This document shows, in pieces, positions 1 to 11,163 of a DNA stretch of 39,761 bases. Location of the stretch: contig BLSG01000037.1 in the NCBI GenBank assembly GCA_012862495.1, positions 96,477 through 136,237 on the forward strand, read 5' to 3'. The notes under the pieces were generated by a model, which saw only the letters and a list, made by a program, of their open reading frames with translations, was not told the DNA's origin and searched no databases. The first letter of the stretch is position 1. Every line of letters begins with the position of its first letter. The position numbers were made by a program, and so were the translations under genes. The DNA comes from Thraustochytrium aureum. Taxonomy: Eukaryota.

Positions 1-126
1 ACGCGGGAAGAGACAGCTGGTAGAGTAAGCGGAGGTGTCGCGCTCGTTAGCTACTTGCTCAAACTCTGGTCGGGCAAGCAGTGGCGGGCCGCCCCCTGCC
101 AACCTGCCCACTCCACAGCATGCATA

Positions 127-1016
127 CTAGAGTTCTCTACACCGTGAAGAACGTTCGGGACCCCTCGCAGGGAGGTCGTCCTCGCGCCACTTGCTGTTGC
201 TGCGCTCGTCCTCGTTGAGCATCTCGCTAGGGACCTCGTCCGGGACGACCATTTCAGTCTCCAAGGCGATGTCTCGCAGGTTCGAGTACTCGTGCTTGGG
301 GTAGATCCAGGTCGCGAAGATGGTGGCGTAGATGAGCCAGAGCGAGCCCATGAGCACTGTCATCGTGAGCGGGTCGAGATCCGCCACCGACGCGCTGGGG
401 TTGTAGAGCCAAGACTCTGTGCCGTCCGGCGGCGCCAGCCACAGCGCCGCGATCACACCACAGGCCTCGAGCGTGGTCGCAGAGATTCCGAACAGAACAG
501 CGACTCGCTTGTCCCAGGCCGAGTTGGCGAGAAACGTGACGAGAAAGGCGAACACAGGGCTCCGCTCTGAGCCGGTCGCGTACCAAATCACGAAGCGAAG
601 CGCGATGGCGCCAAAAACGAGGAGCGACGCGATGTAGGCCTTGAAGATGGTGATGATGATGGCAATCGTGAGCGCGCGAGAGGCAAATTGGCAGATGTGA
701 AACAGCCAGCACGGGAGGAGGCGCAGGAAGATCTGGTATCCCTCCGTGTGCTTTGTGTGGCGAAACACGTACTGGCGCTCGAAGAGGTCGGAGAAGGTCT
801 GCCCGAGGACCAGCAGCGAGAGCGCCACGGAGGTGATGACCGCCGTGCTGCTCACGTTTATGTTGGCGTCGGCGCGCGCGAGGTAAAAGATGATAAAGTT
901 GATCTGCAGGAACGACTGGGGACCGCTTTCGCCGGCCACCTCGACGACGCGAATGCTTGCGTACCGCGTTGTGGTCTCGTGGTACTTGTAGCTCTGATAG
1001 GCCTCGTAAATGAGGC
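127..1016 (-). CDS. XK-related (Xkr/CED-8-like) multi-pass membrane protein, 3' part; 5' end in gap
   Basis: The frame is open from the gap edge (LIYEAYQSYKYHETTTRYASIRVVEVAGESGPQSFLQINF). It matches the XK-family core motif E-x-x-x-E-S-x-P-Q-x-x-L-Q and is followed by several hydrophobic helices. Stop at 127-129. Confidence 0.7.
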
Positions 1017-1688
1017 NNNNNNNNNNNNNNNNNNNNNNNNNNNNNNNNNNNNNNNNNNNNNNNNNNNNNNNNNNNNNNNNNNNNNNNNNNNNNNNNNNNN
1101 NNNNNNNNNNNNNNNNNNNNNNNNNNNNNNNNNNNNNNNNNNNNNNNNNNNNNNNNNNNNNNNNNNNNNNNNNNNNNNNNNNNNNNNNNNNNNNNNNNNN
1201 NNNNNNNNNNNNNNNNNNNNNNNNNNNNNNNNNNNNNNNNNNNNNNNNNNNNNNNNNNNNNNNNNNNNNNNNNNNNNNNNNNNNNNNNNNNNNNNNNNNN
1301 NNNNNNNNNNNNNNNNNNNNNNNNNNNNNNNNNNNNNNNNNNNNNNNNNNNNNNNNNNNNNNNNNNNNNNNNNNNNNNNNNNNNNNNNNNNNNNNNNNNN
1401 NNNNNNNNNNNNNNNNNNNNNNNNNNNNNNNNNNNNNNNNNNNNNNNNNNNNNNNNNNNNNNNNNNNNNNNNNNNNNNNNNNNNNNNNNNNNNNNNNNNN
1501 NNNNNNNNNNNNNNNNNNNNNNNNNNNNNNNNNNNNNNNNNNNNNNNNNNNNNNNNNNNNNNNNNNNNNNNNNNNNNNNNNNNNNNNNNNNNNNNNNNNN
1601 NNNNNNNNNNNNNNNNNNNNNNNNNNNNNNNNNNNNNNNNNNNNNNNNNNNNNNNNNNNNNNNNNNNNNNNNNNNNNNNNNNNNNNNN

Positions 1689-2888
1689 GTCAAAGATGGC
1701 TTCCGTGAGCGTCGAGTTGGCGCTCAGTGCGCTGCCCAAGGCAACAGCAGCACGGTCGTCGAGCTTGTTCCGGCTCACGTCCAGGACTTGCAGGCCAGTG
1801 TTGCCGGCCAGAACCTCGGTGAACTCGACAAAGCTGCCGTCGTCAATCAGGTTGTCCTGCAAGTACAGGTTGAGCAGCGTCGAGTTTTTGCGGAGCGCCG
1901 CGGTGATGGATCTCATCCCGGCCTCGCCAATCCCGTTCATGTTGAGGCGTAAACTTTGCAGATCGCGATTCACCGCGAGTCCATCCGAAATGGCGGCCGT
2001 TCCCTCGTTGCCGAGGTCGTTCTTTTGCAACTCGAGGTTTCGGAGCGAGTGGTTCTTCGCGAGCATCTCCCCGATGGCAGGGCCCGCCTGCATGGTGAGC
2101 TTGTTGTCGCCGAGGAAGAGGTCGCGCAGCACGATGTTTTGCTTTAGCGCATTTGTCACCGCGCTGCACCCACCGTCTCCCACGCGGTTGTTGTGCATGT
2201 CCAGGTCTTCGAGGTTGATGTTCTCTGCAAGCGCTGCACCAATCTGCGCAGCCCCGGTCGGGCCGATTTTGTTGCTGGAGACGTCGAGGCGGCGGAGCGC
2301 CTGGCTTTCGCGCACAAGGCGCCCGAGGTAGCCGGCCGGGTCGCGGACAGAGCACTCTGTGATGGTAACCGCGGAGACTTGGTCCTCGGCGAGGAGGCCC
2401 ACAACGAGCGCCGCGGTGCCGATGCTTTTCACCTTGTGGCTGTCGAGCACTTTGAGGGTGCGGAGCGCCCCCATGCGCGGGATGGCCCACCCGAGGGCCT
2501 TGGCATGCTCCGCAGTGAGCTGGCACTTTTCAAGCGAAAGCGCCTTGACGTTTTTGTTGCAGGATGTGAGGTAGTACAAAAATGTGCAAAAGTCCTCGAT
2601 GCGCGTGCTGCAGTCTTCGAGCGAGACGGCCGGGGGCTCTGCCCCGTTCAAGACGAACGACGTCAACAAGCGCTTGAGCTTGCCGGCCACGAGCGAGTCC
2701 ACGCGACGTTCGAACGTCTCCATGTTGATGGCCTCGACCTCGGCGGCTCCGCCAAACTCGAGATCTTCCTCGGTGAACTTCTCCGCATTATCGTCATCGT
2801 TCCCGTCGCCGTACCCAGCCAGCGTTTTGACCAAGGGCGCAAGCACGGCGTCCGTCGTGTTGACAGCGATCTCGACAAAGTCAGCCAT
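1689..2888 (-). CDS. RNI-like (NLRC3/RanGAP-type) leucine-rich repeat protein, 5' part; runs into gap
   Basis: ATG at 2888. Repeated 28-aa units LxxLxLxxNxIGxxGxxxIxxAL (e.g. LRRLDVSSNKIGPTGAAQIGAAL, LEDLDMHNNRVGDGG, LRNLELQKNDLGNEG). No stop before the gap. Confidence 0.9.
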
Positions 2889-4483
2889 CGCACGGCTCTC
2901 ACAAAGGCCTCGGGCGTCGCTGTACGCTAGCTGTCTAGCTCCGCACGGCCAACTGGCGACGGGTTTTGCGCCACGCTCCTCGAGTGCACAGACGCGCAGT
3001 ATCGCCGGGCTCTGCTGGGCCTCTCCGCGGGCTCTGCGCGTGCGCCTCGCGTTTCGTTGCGCCTCGTTTCGAGTCTGCTAGCTAGAGCTGCTCGTCAGAG
3101 AAGTGGTGCTGCCTCGTCAGGCCAGCAGAGGAATTGAAAGGAGGCGTGGTGCACACCAAGAGATGTGGTGGTGTGAAACGCTGACATCGAAGAGGGTGCA
3201 TCATGGCGTGCATGAGCGTAAAGCGTTCGCAGCGACTCGCCAGCGCTGCTGGTCCACCCCCAAACGCGCCACGCGTTCTCATTTGATGATCATCGTCAAG
3301 CGATCGGCATGAGCCACCCCAAAAGTAGGTGAGGGAGGTACCCTGCCGCAGTTCGGCAGTTCGGCAGAAGTGAGTACCACTTCCCGGCACGAGTGCCTGC
3401 TGACGCTCCCTCTGTCTGCTCGCTGTTGGCCAAGACGCGCTTACGTGCTTGCGTTGTTCGAGCTGCGCGCAGGTTCTTGATCGAGTCAAACGTTGGATGC
3501 CCGTCCATGCGTGCTCTGCTCTGCTCCGGGGCTAGCTTGTCTCCATGACAGCTGCAGTCTCCAGCGAGGATCAAATGGCCATGCCGACGGCGGCGGCTTG
3601 AGCCAGCAGCCGCGGCGCTGCCGCGGCGCTGCGCAGGAAGCCTTTCAATGAATTGCATGCGCCGCCGTCCACATGCGCTCAAACTCGGAGGAGGCCCGTG
3701 GGGCTGGTTGGTCAACTGGCCAAGCCTGGCCGCCATCAAGCCATGTTCCCTAGCGCTCTTGGCCGCCTCCACGACTCCCGCCGACAGGTGGCCGGCCGGC
3801 CGGCGTCGCCACGGCGGCTCAAACGAAAGCTCACTTGCATCAATCAAGTTGCAAGGCATGCAGAGACACGCGACGAAGGCAAAAGAACAAAGCGAGCCGC
3901 CAGCGCGCAGCCGAGAAGGAAGGAGAGCAGCATNNNNNNNNNNNNNNNNNNNNNNNNNNNNNNNNNNNNNNNNNNNNNNNNNNNNNNNNNNNNNNNNNNN
4001 NNNNNNNNNNNNNNNNNNNNNNNNNNNNNNNNNNNNNNNNNNNNNNNNNNNNNNNNNNNNNNNNNNNNNNNNNNNNNNNNNNNNNNNNNNNNNNNNNNNN
4101 NNNNNNNNNNNNNNNNNNNNNNNNNNNNNNNNNNNNNNNNNNNNNNNNNNNNNNNNNNNNNNNNNNNNNNNNNNNNNNNNNNNNNNNNNNNNNNNNNNNN
4201 NNNNNNNNNNNNNNNNNNNNNNNNNNNNNNNNNNNNNNNNNNNNNNNNNNNNNNNNNNNNNNNNNNNNNNNNNNNNNNNNNNNNNNNNNNNNNNNNNNNN
4301 NNNNNNNNNNNNNNNNNNNNNNNNNNNNNNNNNNNNNNNNNNNNNNNNNNNNNNNNNNNNNNNNNNNNNNNNNNNNNNNNNNNNNNNNNNNNNNNNNNNN
4401 NNNNNNNNNNNNNNNNNNNNNNNNNNNNNNNNNNNNNNNNNNNNNNNNNNNNNNNNNNNNNCGGCAGCGCTGGCGATAGCCAC

Positions 4484-7200
4484 ATGGACGACGCAGACGA
4501 CGACAGCCAGTGCAACGACGCCGACGAGTTCCGCTCACCAAGCCAAACATCCGAGACGACCCCAGACGGCGTGCCACAAAAGCGCCCGACCCCAGATAAC
4601 CGTGACCTTGTACGCCCCACCCCCAAAACCAAAAAGGTGGGCGTTGGTCGGCTTTTCAGCGCCGCCGCGCACCCGCCGCGGTTCACGGACGAGGAAGAGC
4701 CCAGCAGCGAGGCTCGCCCAAGCGGGCATAGGTTTGCAGGAGGCGCCTCAGCTGGCGCGGATTCCGAGGACAGCTCACGCCGCGGAAGCGGCGTAGGTCT
4801 CGCTTTCCAATCTACTCGGCGGCCAACACCAGACTCGGAGGCGTTCCAGCGACTCGGCCAACTGCGGAGGCGGAGCCATAGCTCCACGCCTGCGTCGTTT
4901 GGAGCGCACGGCGCGACCCCCAGCCGCATCGTGTGCCCGCCAACGCCAAAGCGCACCACGACAACGCACCGCAAGATTGCAGACCTTGTGCCCAGCGAGG
5001 TCGAGGCGCGGCGACTGTCGGACCAGCAGTCGGACATTATTACCGTGACTCCGCCACCTCCGACGCCGCCGCATAAGCACTCGCTTGCAGTCACGCCTGG
5101 CCGGGTCGAGGTTATCTTCTCCGTAAACCAGACGGAGGAAGAGCGGATGGCAGCCTTTCGCTCGTGTGAGCTTACCCGGCGCCTTGCACGAAGCGCACCG
5201 CGTGCGGTGCGGTGGGTTGCAGCCACGCCCGGCAGCATGCAGCAGCGACACTCTCGATACCACGGCAGGGAGAGCGACGCGGGTCATGAAGGACCGCTTA
5301 CTCGGCATCGGTGGCACGAGCTTCAAGAAAACAGGCTCCACCAAGTACCGTACGGCGTCTGAAGCGGAGCGGCGGGAGTGGCGGGCGCCAAGCGGGCTTG
5401 GCCGAGCCCGGGGCGGGCCGGCCTCGGAGCCCGCGCAGTGGCCAAGCCCCCGGCCTGGATCAGGCGGAGAGCCAATGGCGTGTTGGAAGCGAGCTTCCAG
5501 GCTCGCCCAGCGAGGAGCGGCGGCGCATGGACGTGGAGCAGCCCGGCGTCGGCAGTTGCAACGGGCCTCCGCGCTGCAGACGCAAGGAGTGCGCTCGAGA
5601 GCAGGTATGCTCGCCAAGCTGCAGCAGACGGGCTTGGGCCTACAAGAGGGGCTCGCGACGACGGCGTGCAGCAAGGACCCAGCCGCGCGCGGCAAAAGCG
5701 GGGCTCGGAAAGCGACGAGTCCGACTCGCTGAGCTCGTCCCCAGAACCAAAGGCCCGCGCGCAGGAGCGTTTGTCGAGCGGGTCCTCCAGGGCGCGGCAG
5801 CTTGTTCCGCGGCTGGCATACATAGAGACGATTGGGCAGGGCACGTTTGCGACAGTGTCGATAGTGCAGGACACGGACTCGGAGGAGCTCTTCGCCTTGA
5901 AAGTGAATCGGCAGCGCTTCGAGTCGCAGCAAACGCAGACGTTCCGGCACTTTCGATCGTCAACGCTCGCATGGGCCGCGCTGGGGCCTCACACCAATAT
6001 TGTGCCCTTGCTCTGTGCGTGGGCGGAGCCCGGGTCCATCAAGGTGCAAATGGAGCTCTGCGAAGGCGGCAACCTCCTGCAGTATGTCGACTGGTGCATG
6101 AAGGACGAGCAGGGGGACCCGTCAAAGCCGTGGGAGGAGTCGCAGATGTGGCGCTGCCTCGGCGACGCCGCCGCTGGGCTCGCGCACATCCACGCGTCAG
6201 GGTTTTGCCACAACGACATCAAGCCTGGCAACCTCTTCGTGGGCGGCTCGAGCCCTGGGACGCGACGTCTCATGGTCGGGGATTTCGGAAACATAAAGCA
6301 GCGCAACGCCTCGCTGGACGGGGACGAGGGCGACTTTCGGTACCTCAGCAAAGAGGCGCTGCAGATCGGCAAAGCTGCGTTCGCCTCGGACGTGTTTTCG
6401 CTCGGGATTTCGTTCTACGAGGTGGTCGCGGACGTGGTGTTGCCCGAGGTGGGGATGTGGCACGAGCTTCGTGACGGGTCCATCCCGCCGCTGCCCGCGA
6501 GGCTTTCGCGCGACTTGTACAATTTGCTTTGCCGGATGATGCACCCGGATCCAGAGCAGCGTCCGAGCGCGGCGCAAGTCCTTGCGCACCGCATGGTTGC
6601 GCAGCATCGTGGCGTAGAGCTGTTGGCGGCCGACCTCTACGCTCGCGTCGACGTGTCGCAGGCCTCGGCTTCTGCTGAGAAGGNNNNNNNNNNNNNNNNN
6701 NNNNNNNNNNNNNNNNNNNNNNNNNNNNNNNNNNNNNNNNNNNNNNNNNNNNNNNNNNNNNNNNNNNNNNNNNNNNNNNNNNNNNNNNNNNNNNNNNNNN
6801 NNNNNNNNNNNNNNNNNNNNNNNNNNNNNNNNNNNNNNNNNNNNNNNNNNNNNNNNNNNNNNNNNNNNNNNNNNNNNNNNNNNNNNNNNNNNNNNNGACG
6901 AGCACGCCGTCGGCGTTCGTGACGACGCCGCTCGCCGACTCGCTGATGACCGACGTCGTCGCCGCCAGCGCGTTCAGAGCGCCTCTGAGCAGCTCTGTGG
7001 CGGGCCATCGGTCGAGCCTTGGGCTGGCGTCTGGGTATGTACACATGGATAGCGGACGACAGCTGGGCGGGTCGTCTGGGGACGGGCTCGATCTGCTGTC
7101 GGGGATGGAGAACAGCAACGACACGAACGACTCGGGCATCTCCTCGTCCAGCCCGCGACGGTGCTTGCTTTCGTACTTCGATGATATGGAGTGCCAGTGA
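4484..7200 (+). CDS. WEE1: Wee1/Myt1-family CDK-inhibitory kinase (multi-exon; internal gap 6684-6896)
   Basis: Kinase motifs IGQGTF, FALK, HNDIKPGNLF, GDFG, the Wee1/Myt1-type EGDFRY and SDVFSLG. The N-terminus is SP/TP-rich from ATG 4484 (the true start may lie in the gap). A likely phase-0 intron 5605-5671 (CAG|gtatgc...gtgcag) joins frames; junctions at about 5166-5440 are unresolved. The C-terminal ORF after the gap ends at TGA 7200. Confidence 0.85.
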
Positions 7201-7447
7201 GCCATGCAATGATAGCAGCGTCGCAGGGTTGTCGGGATGGGATGGACTTGGCTGGGCACGGGTGCGGGCTTTGCAGCTACTCGGTGCAGGCCTAGCGGGG
7301 GTTGGCAAACCCTGGCGAGTGAGGCGCCCTGGGGCAGGGATCGCTGCGCTCGCTAGCTGGTTCGAGTTTTCCATAGAACGAGAGCAACATGTTCATCAAA
7401 AATTTCATAAATTCATGCTTTACCAGCAGCAGCAGCAGCAGCAGCAG

Positions 7448-8204
7448 CTATTTGAGCTCAAACACGTACAGCACCTTCTCCACAAAGGTGCGCTCGCGAA
7501 GGCCCAGCAAAAGCGCGACATCCGGGACAGGAAGCGAGGGCATCGAAAAGGGAAACGCTGGCAAAACCTCCCTGAGCTTGGCCAGATTGAGTCGCGGAAT
7601 GCGGAGCCGCGGGAGCCGCATACGCCCGAGCGTTGCCTGCAAGCGCTGCGCAAAGAGCACAACGCCCTTTACCAAATTGACAAGCAGCGGAAAGAACACC
7701 CCGGAGAGGATCATGCCAAGCACCGTGAGAAACACGAGCGCGATGCACACGTCCAAGATGTCCTGGCGGTTCGTCTTGACAAAGCGCACAAGCCGCTTGC
7801 CCGATCGGCCAAAGATGTTTGGCGAATGCACGATAAAGTGGGCCACCTTGGCTGGGATCGACTTGAACGAGGCAAAGGTGATGCGCCCAGCCCAAGCGCA
7901 GCTCTGCAGGCCGAGCACGGCCACTCGGAGAGGGAGAACGAGGAGGTACACCAGGTGGCGAAACCCAGACGTGGTCGAATCAAAGGCGCCGAGCGAAGCG
8001 CGCCAGCCGCGCTTGGCGAGACGGCGGACGCGCTTACGCGCCTTGCGCAAGAGGCGCCAGAGCGAGAGGAAGATGAACTGCACCACCCAGACGCACATCG
8101 ACGTCACGCTGGTCCACAGAGTGGCCAGCTTGGAGCGGATGCGCTTGGCGTGGTCGATGACGCGGTAGGCGAACGCCTCGGAGAACTCGAGCACGCGGAT
8201 GACG
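7448..8204 (-). CDS. Hypothetical basic/hydrophobic membrane protein, 3' part; 5' end in gap
   Basis: About 250 open codons from the gap to TAG, with hydrophobic segments (VCIALVFLTVLGMILSGVFFPLLVNLV) between Arg/Lys-rich stretches. No family recognised. Confidence 0.6.
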
Positions 8205-8918
8205 NNNNNNNNNNNNNNNNNNNNNNNNNNNNNNNNNNNNNNNNNNNNNNNNNNNNNNNNNNNNNNNNNNNNNNNNNNNNNNNNNNNNNNNNNNNNNNNN
8301 NNNNNNNNNNNNNNNNNNNNNNNNNNNNNNNNNNNNNNNNNNNNNNNNNNNNNNNNNNNNNNNNNNNNNNNNNNNNNNNNNNNNNNNNNNNNNNNNNNNN
8401 NNNNNNNNNNNNNNNNNNNNNNNNNNNNNNNNNNNNNNNNNNNNNNNNNNNNNNNNNNNNNNNNNNNNNNNNNNNNNNNNNNNNNNNNNNNNNNNNNNNN
8501 NNNNNNNNNNNNNNNNNNNNNNNNNNNNNNNNNNNNNNNNNNNNNNNNNNNNNNNNNNNNNNNNNNNNNNNNNNNNNNNNNNNNNNNNNNNNNNNNNNNN
8601 NNNNNNNNNNNNNNNNNNNNNNNNNNNNNNNNNNNNNNNNNNNNNNNNNNNNNNNNNNNNNNNNNNNNNNNNNNNNNNNNNNNNNNNNNNNNNNNNNNNN
8701 NNNNNNNNNNNNNNNNNNNNNNNNNNNNNNNNNNNNNNNNNNNNNNNNNNNNNNNNNNNNNNNNNNNNNNNNNNNNNNNNNNNNNNNNNNNNNNNNNNNN
8801 NNNNNNNNNNNNNNNNNNNNNNNNNNNNNNNNNNNNNNNNNNNNNNNNNNNNNNNNNNNNNNNNNNNNNNNNNNNNNNNNNNCGGCTGCCTTGGGGCGTC
8901 TGGCTTGGGCGTCTGCCT

Positions 8919-8920
8919 TG

Positions 8921-8952
<32 letters not shown>

Positions 8953-8979
8953 CGTGCCTGCCTGCGTGCCTGCGTGCCT
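8919..8979. repeat. (GCCT)n/(GCGT) tetranucleotide microsatellite
   Basis: tgcctgcctgcc...tgcgtgcct read directly. Confidence 0.9.
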
Positions 8980-9097
8980 TCCGCTCCTGTCGCGCTCTGC
9001 CTGCCCTTCCATCACACGCTGCTCGCAGCTCTCCCTTCTGTCCCTCCCTTCTGCCTCTCATCACCGCATCACTGATAATACTCTTGACAAGCTCTTG

Positions 9098-9312
9098 AAA
9101 GCAATTCAACAAACGAAAAGAAAGCGACCAACAAAGCAACAATCACTCGAAACGAAAAACGACCGAAGACTCGGAATTCGGAAGCAATCACTCGAGACGA
9201 AAAACGACCAACAACTTGAAAGCAATCGCTCGAAAACAACAACAAAACAACCAAGCAATCACTCGAATCCCAATCGAAAAGCGACCAACGAAAAAAAACA
9301 ACTTGAACAAAA
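9098..9312. repeat. A-rich degenerate tandem repeat, about 5 units of 35-45 bp, core AAGCAATCACTCGA
   Basis: Cores at about 9099, 9140, 9182, 9220 and 9253, several followed by (a)cgaaaa(a/g)cgacc. Confidence 0.75.
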
Positions 9313-9966
9313 CACCGTAGAGAGCAGCTAGTACGAGTGCGGAATCGGTCAACTCGCGGCAAAGACGAAAATCTCGCCTGACGACTGCGCATCAAGAGCG
9401 CGCACGGACTGGGCTCTTGAGCGCCGCCCGCCTCCACTGCCGCAAGGCGCCGGCCCCCCTGGCGTGCATTCGCCCCGCCAGCCGCCGGAGGGCGCTCGCG
9501 TGTATGCCACTGCCTCTGCCTACGAGGGAGGGAGGTGCCTCGCGTGCGTGCATCCCACGCGGGCGAGCCGGCGCATCCGAGTCCCTCTCCCTTCCTTGCC
9601 AGACGCGGCGCGCGCGCCCTCTCAGGCACCTCCGCCGTGCATGCATGCACTGGCGGGCCGTCGTCCACTCCACTGGCAGCGCAGCGCACACGCTCGCGGG
9701 TGCGTGCGTGCGTGCATGCCTGCGAGCGAGCGAGGCGAATCCGAGTGGCGCCGCGAGTCAGTAGTCGCGGTTCGTAGTGGCCACTCGAATGCGAGTCGTC
9801 GAGGCTCTGCTTGGTCCTCGCCCCGAGTTGGTGGCCCGACGGGCGCGCAGAGAGCGAACTGGGCTGGCGCCCTGCGGTGCACGCACGCGCACTTTGCTGT
9901 CGAGCCCGAGCGCGCGGAGCCCGGTCGCGGCTGTCGCTGGCGCAAGCCGAGGCCCTTCAGCCAGCC

Positions 9967-11163
9967 ATGGCAGCGGCCTCGCGAGCCGTCCGCGAAGCTG
10001 CGGTTCGGACTCGAGCCACACCGCCTGCGGCCGTGGTCAACCGCGTGCTCTCCGGGATACAGCCAACGGGCGTGCCCACGCTGGGAAACTACTTGGGAGC
10101 GCTGCAGACCTGGCTCAAGCTGCAGGCGTTCTTCGACAGCACGCAGGGAGGCAGTGGCGAGCTAGGCGGCGCCGCAAAGAGCGTGGAACGTGCGCTTGCC
10201 CCGGGCCAATCAACAGAGGGCGCTGCGCGAGACCAGAGCAACCGCGTGCTCTTCATGGTTGCGGACTCACACTCGTTAACCACAACCCACGACCCAGAGC
10301 ATTTGCGAAACGGGATTCGAGACCTCACCGCCACCATGCTCGCGTCCGGAATTGACCCAGCCAAATCGTCCATTTTCCAGCAGTCCGATGTTCCCGCGCA
10401 CGCCGAGCTGGCTTGGATTCTCCAGTGCAATACCCCGCTTGGCTGGCTCAACAGGATGACGCAGTTCAAGGACAAGTCGGGCAAGAACCGCGACACGGCA
10501 AACCTCGGCCTGCTCGCGTACCCGACCCTCATGGCAGCCGACATACTCGTCTACCAGGCCAGCCACGTGCCAGTCGGCGACGACCAGACGCAGCACCTCG
10601 AGTTTACGCGCGACATCGCCAAGCGCATGAACGACATGTACGGCGCCGACTTGTTTGCACTCCCCAAGGCAATCAAACCCGCTGCAGAGGTGGCCCGGGT
10701 CATGAGCTTGCGGGACGGCCGCAAAAAGATGAGCAAGTCGGACCCCTCGGACCAATCTCGGATAACCATGGTGGACACGGCGGACGAGATAAGCGTGAAA
10801 ATTCGCAAGGCCAAAACGGACGCGCTCGGAAACGTCAGCTCGCGGTTCACCGCCGAGGAGCGCCCAGAGGTTTTCAACTTATTGCACATCCTAGCTGCCC
10901 TCAGCGGCAAGCCAACACCCGAGGTTATCGCCGCGTACGAAGGCAGCCCGATCCAGGACCTGAAACGAGACCTGGCAGACGTGGCCGTCGCCACGATTTG
11001 CCCCATCGGCGACGAGATCAACCGCCTGCGATCGGACGCGGCCTACCTCGAGTCTGTACTCCGGAGCGGCGCCGGTGTGGCCAAGTCGATCTCCAGCAGC
11101 ACGGTGGACCGCGTGAAAGCTGCGGTCGGCCTCACCTTATTTCAACGCCCACCGCCCTTATAG
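9967..11163 (+). CDS. WARS2: Tryptophanyl-tRNA synthetase, bacterial-type, probably mitochondrial
   Basis: SGIQPTGVPTLGNY (HIGH equivalent), RMTQFKDK, YPTLMAADIL, VPVGDDQTQHLE and KMSKS. Ala/Arg-rich presequence-like N-terminus from ATG 9967. No introns. Confidence 0.97.
   Translation: MAAASRAVREAAVRTRATPPAAVVNRVLSGIQPTGVPTLGNYLGALQTWLKLQAFFDSTQGGSGELGGAAKSVERALAPGQSTEGAARDQSNRVLFMVADSHSLTTTHDPEHLRNGIRDLTATMLASGIDPAKSSIFQQSDVPAHAELAWILQCNTPLGWLNRMTQFKDKSGKNRDTANLGLLAYPTLMAADILVYQASHVPVGDDQTQHLEFTRDIAKRMNDMYGADLFALPKAIKPAAEVARVMSLRDGRKKMSKSDPSDQSRITMVDTADEISVKIRKAKTDALGNVSSRFTAEERPEVFNLLHILAALSGKPTPEVIAAYEGSPIQDLKRDLADVAVATICPIGDEINRLRSDAAYLESVLRSGAGVAKSISSSTVDRVKAAVGLTLFQRPPPL

Noticed and set aside
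3082..3933. Short ORFs between the LRR and Wee1 genes (e.g. MDGHPTFDSIKNLRAART on the minus strand, with a GTAAGC donor-like site at about 3444)
   Set aside because: I could not build a convincing spliced product or recognise a motif. It may be UTR or promoter sequence.
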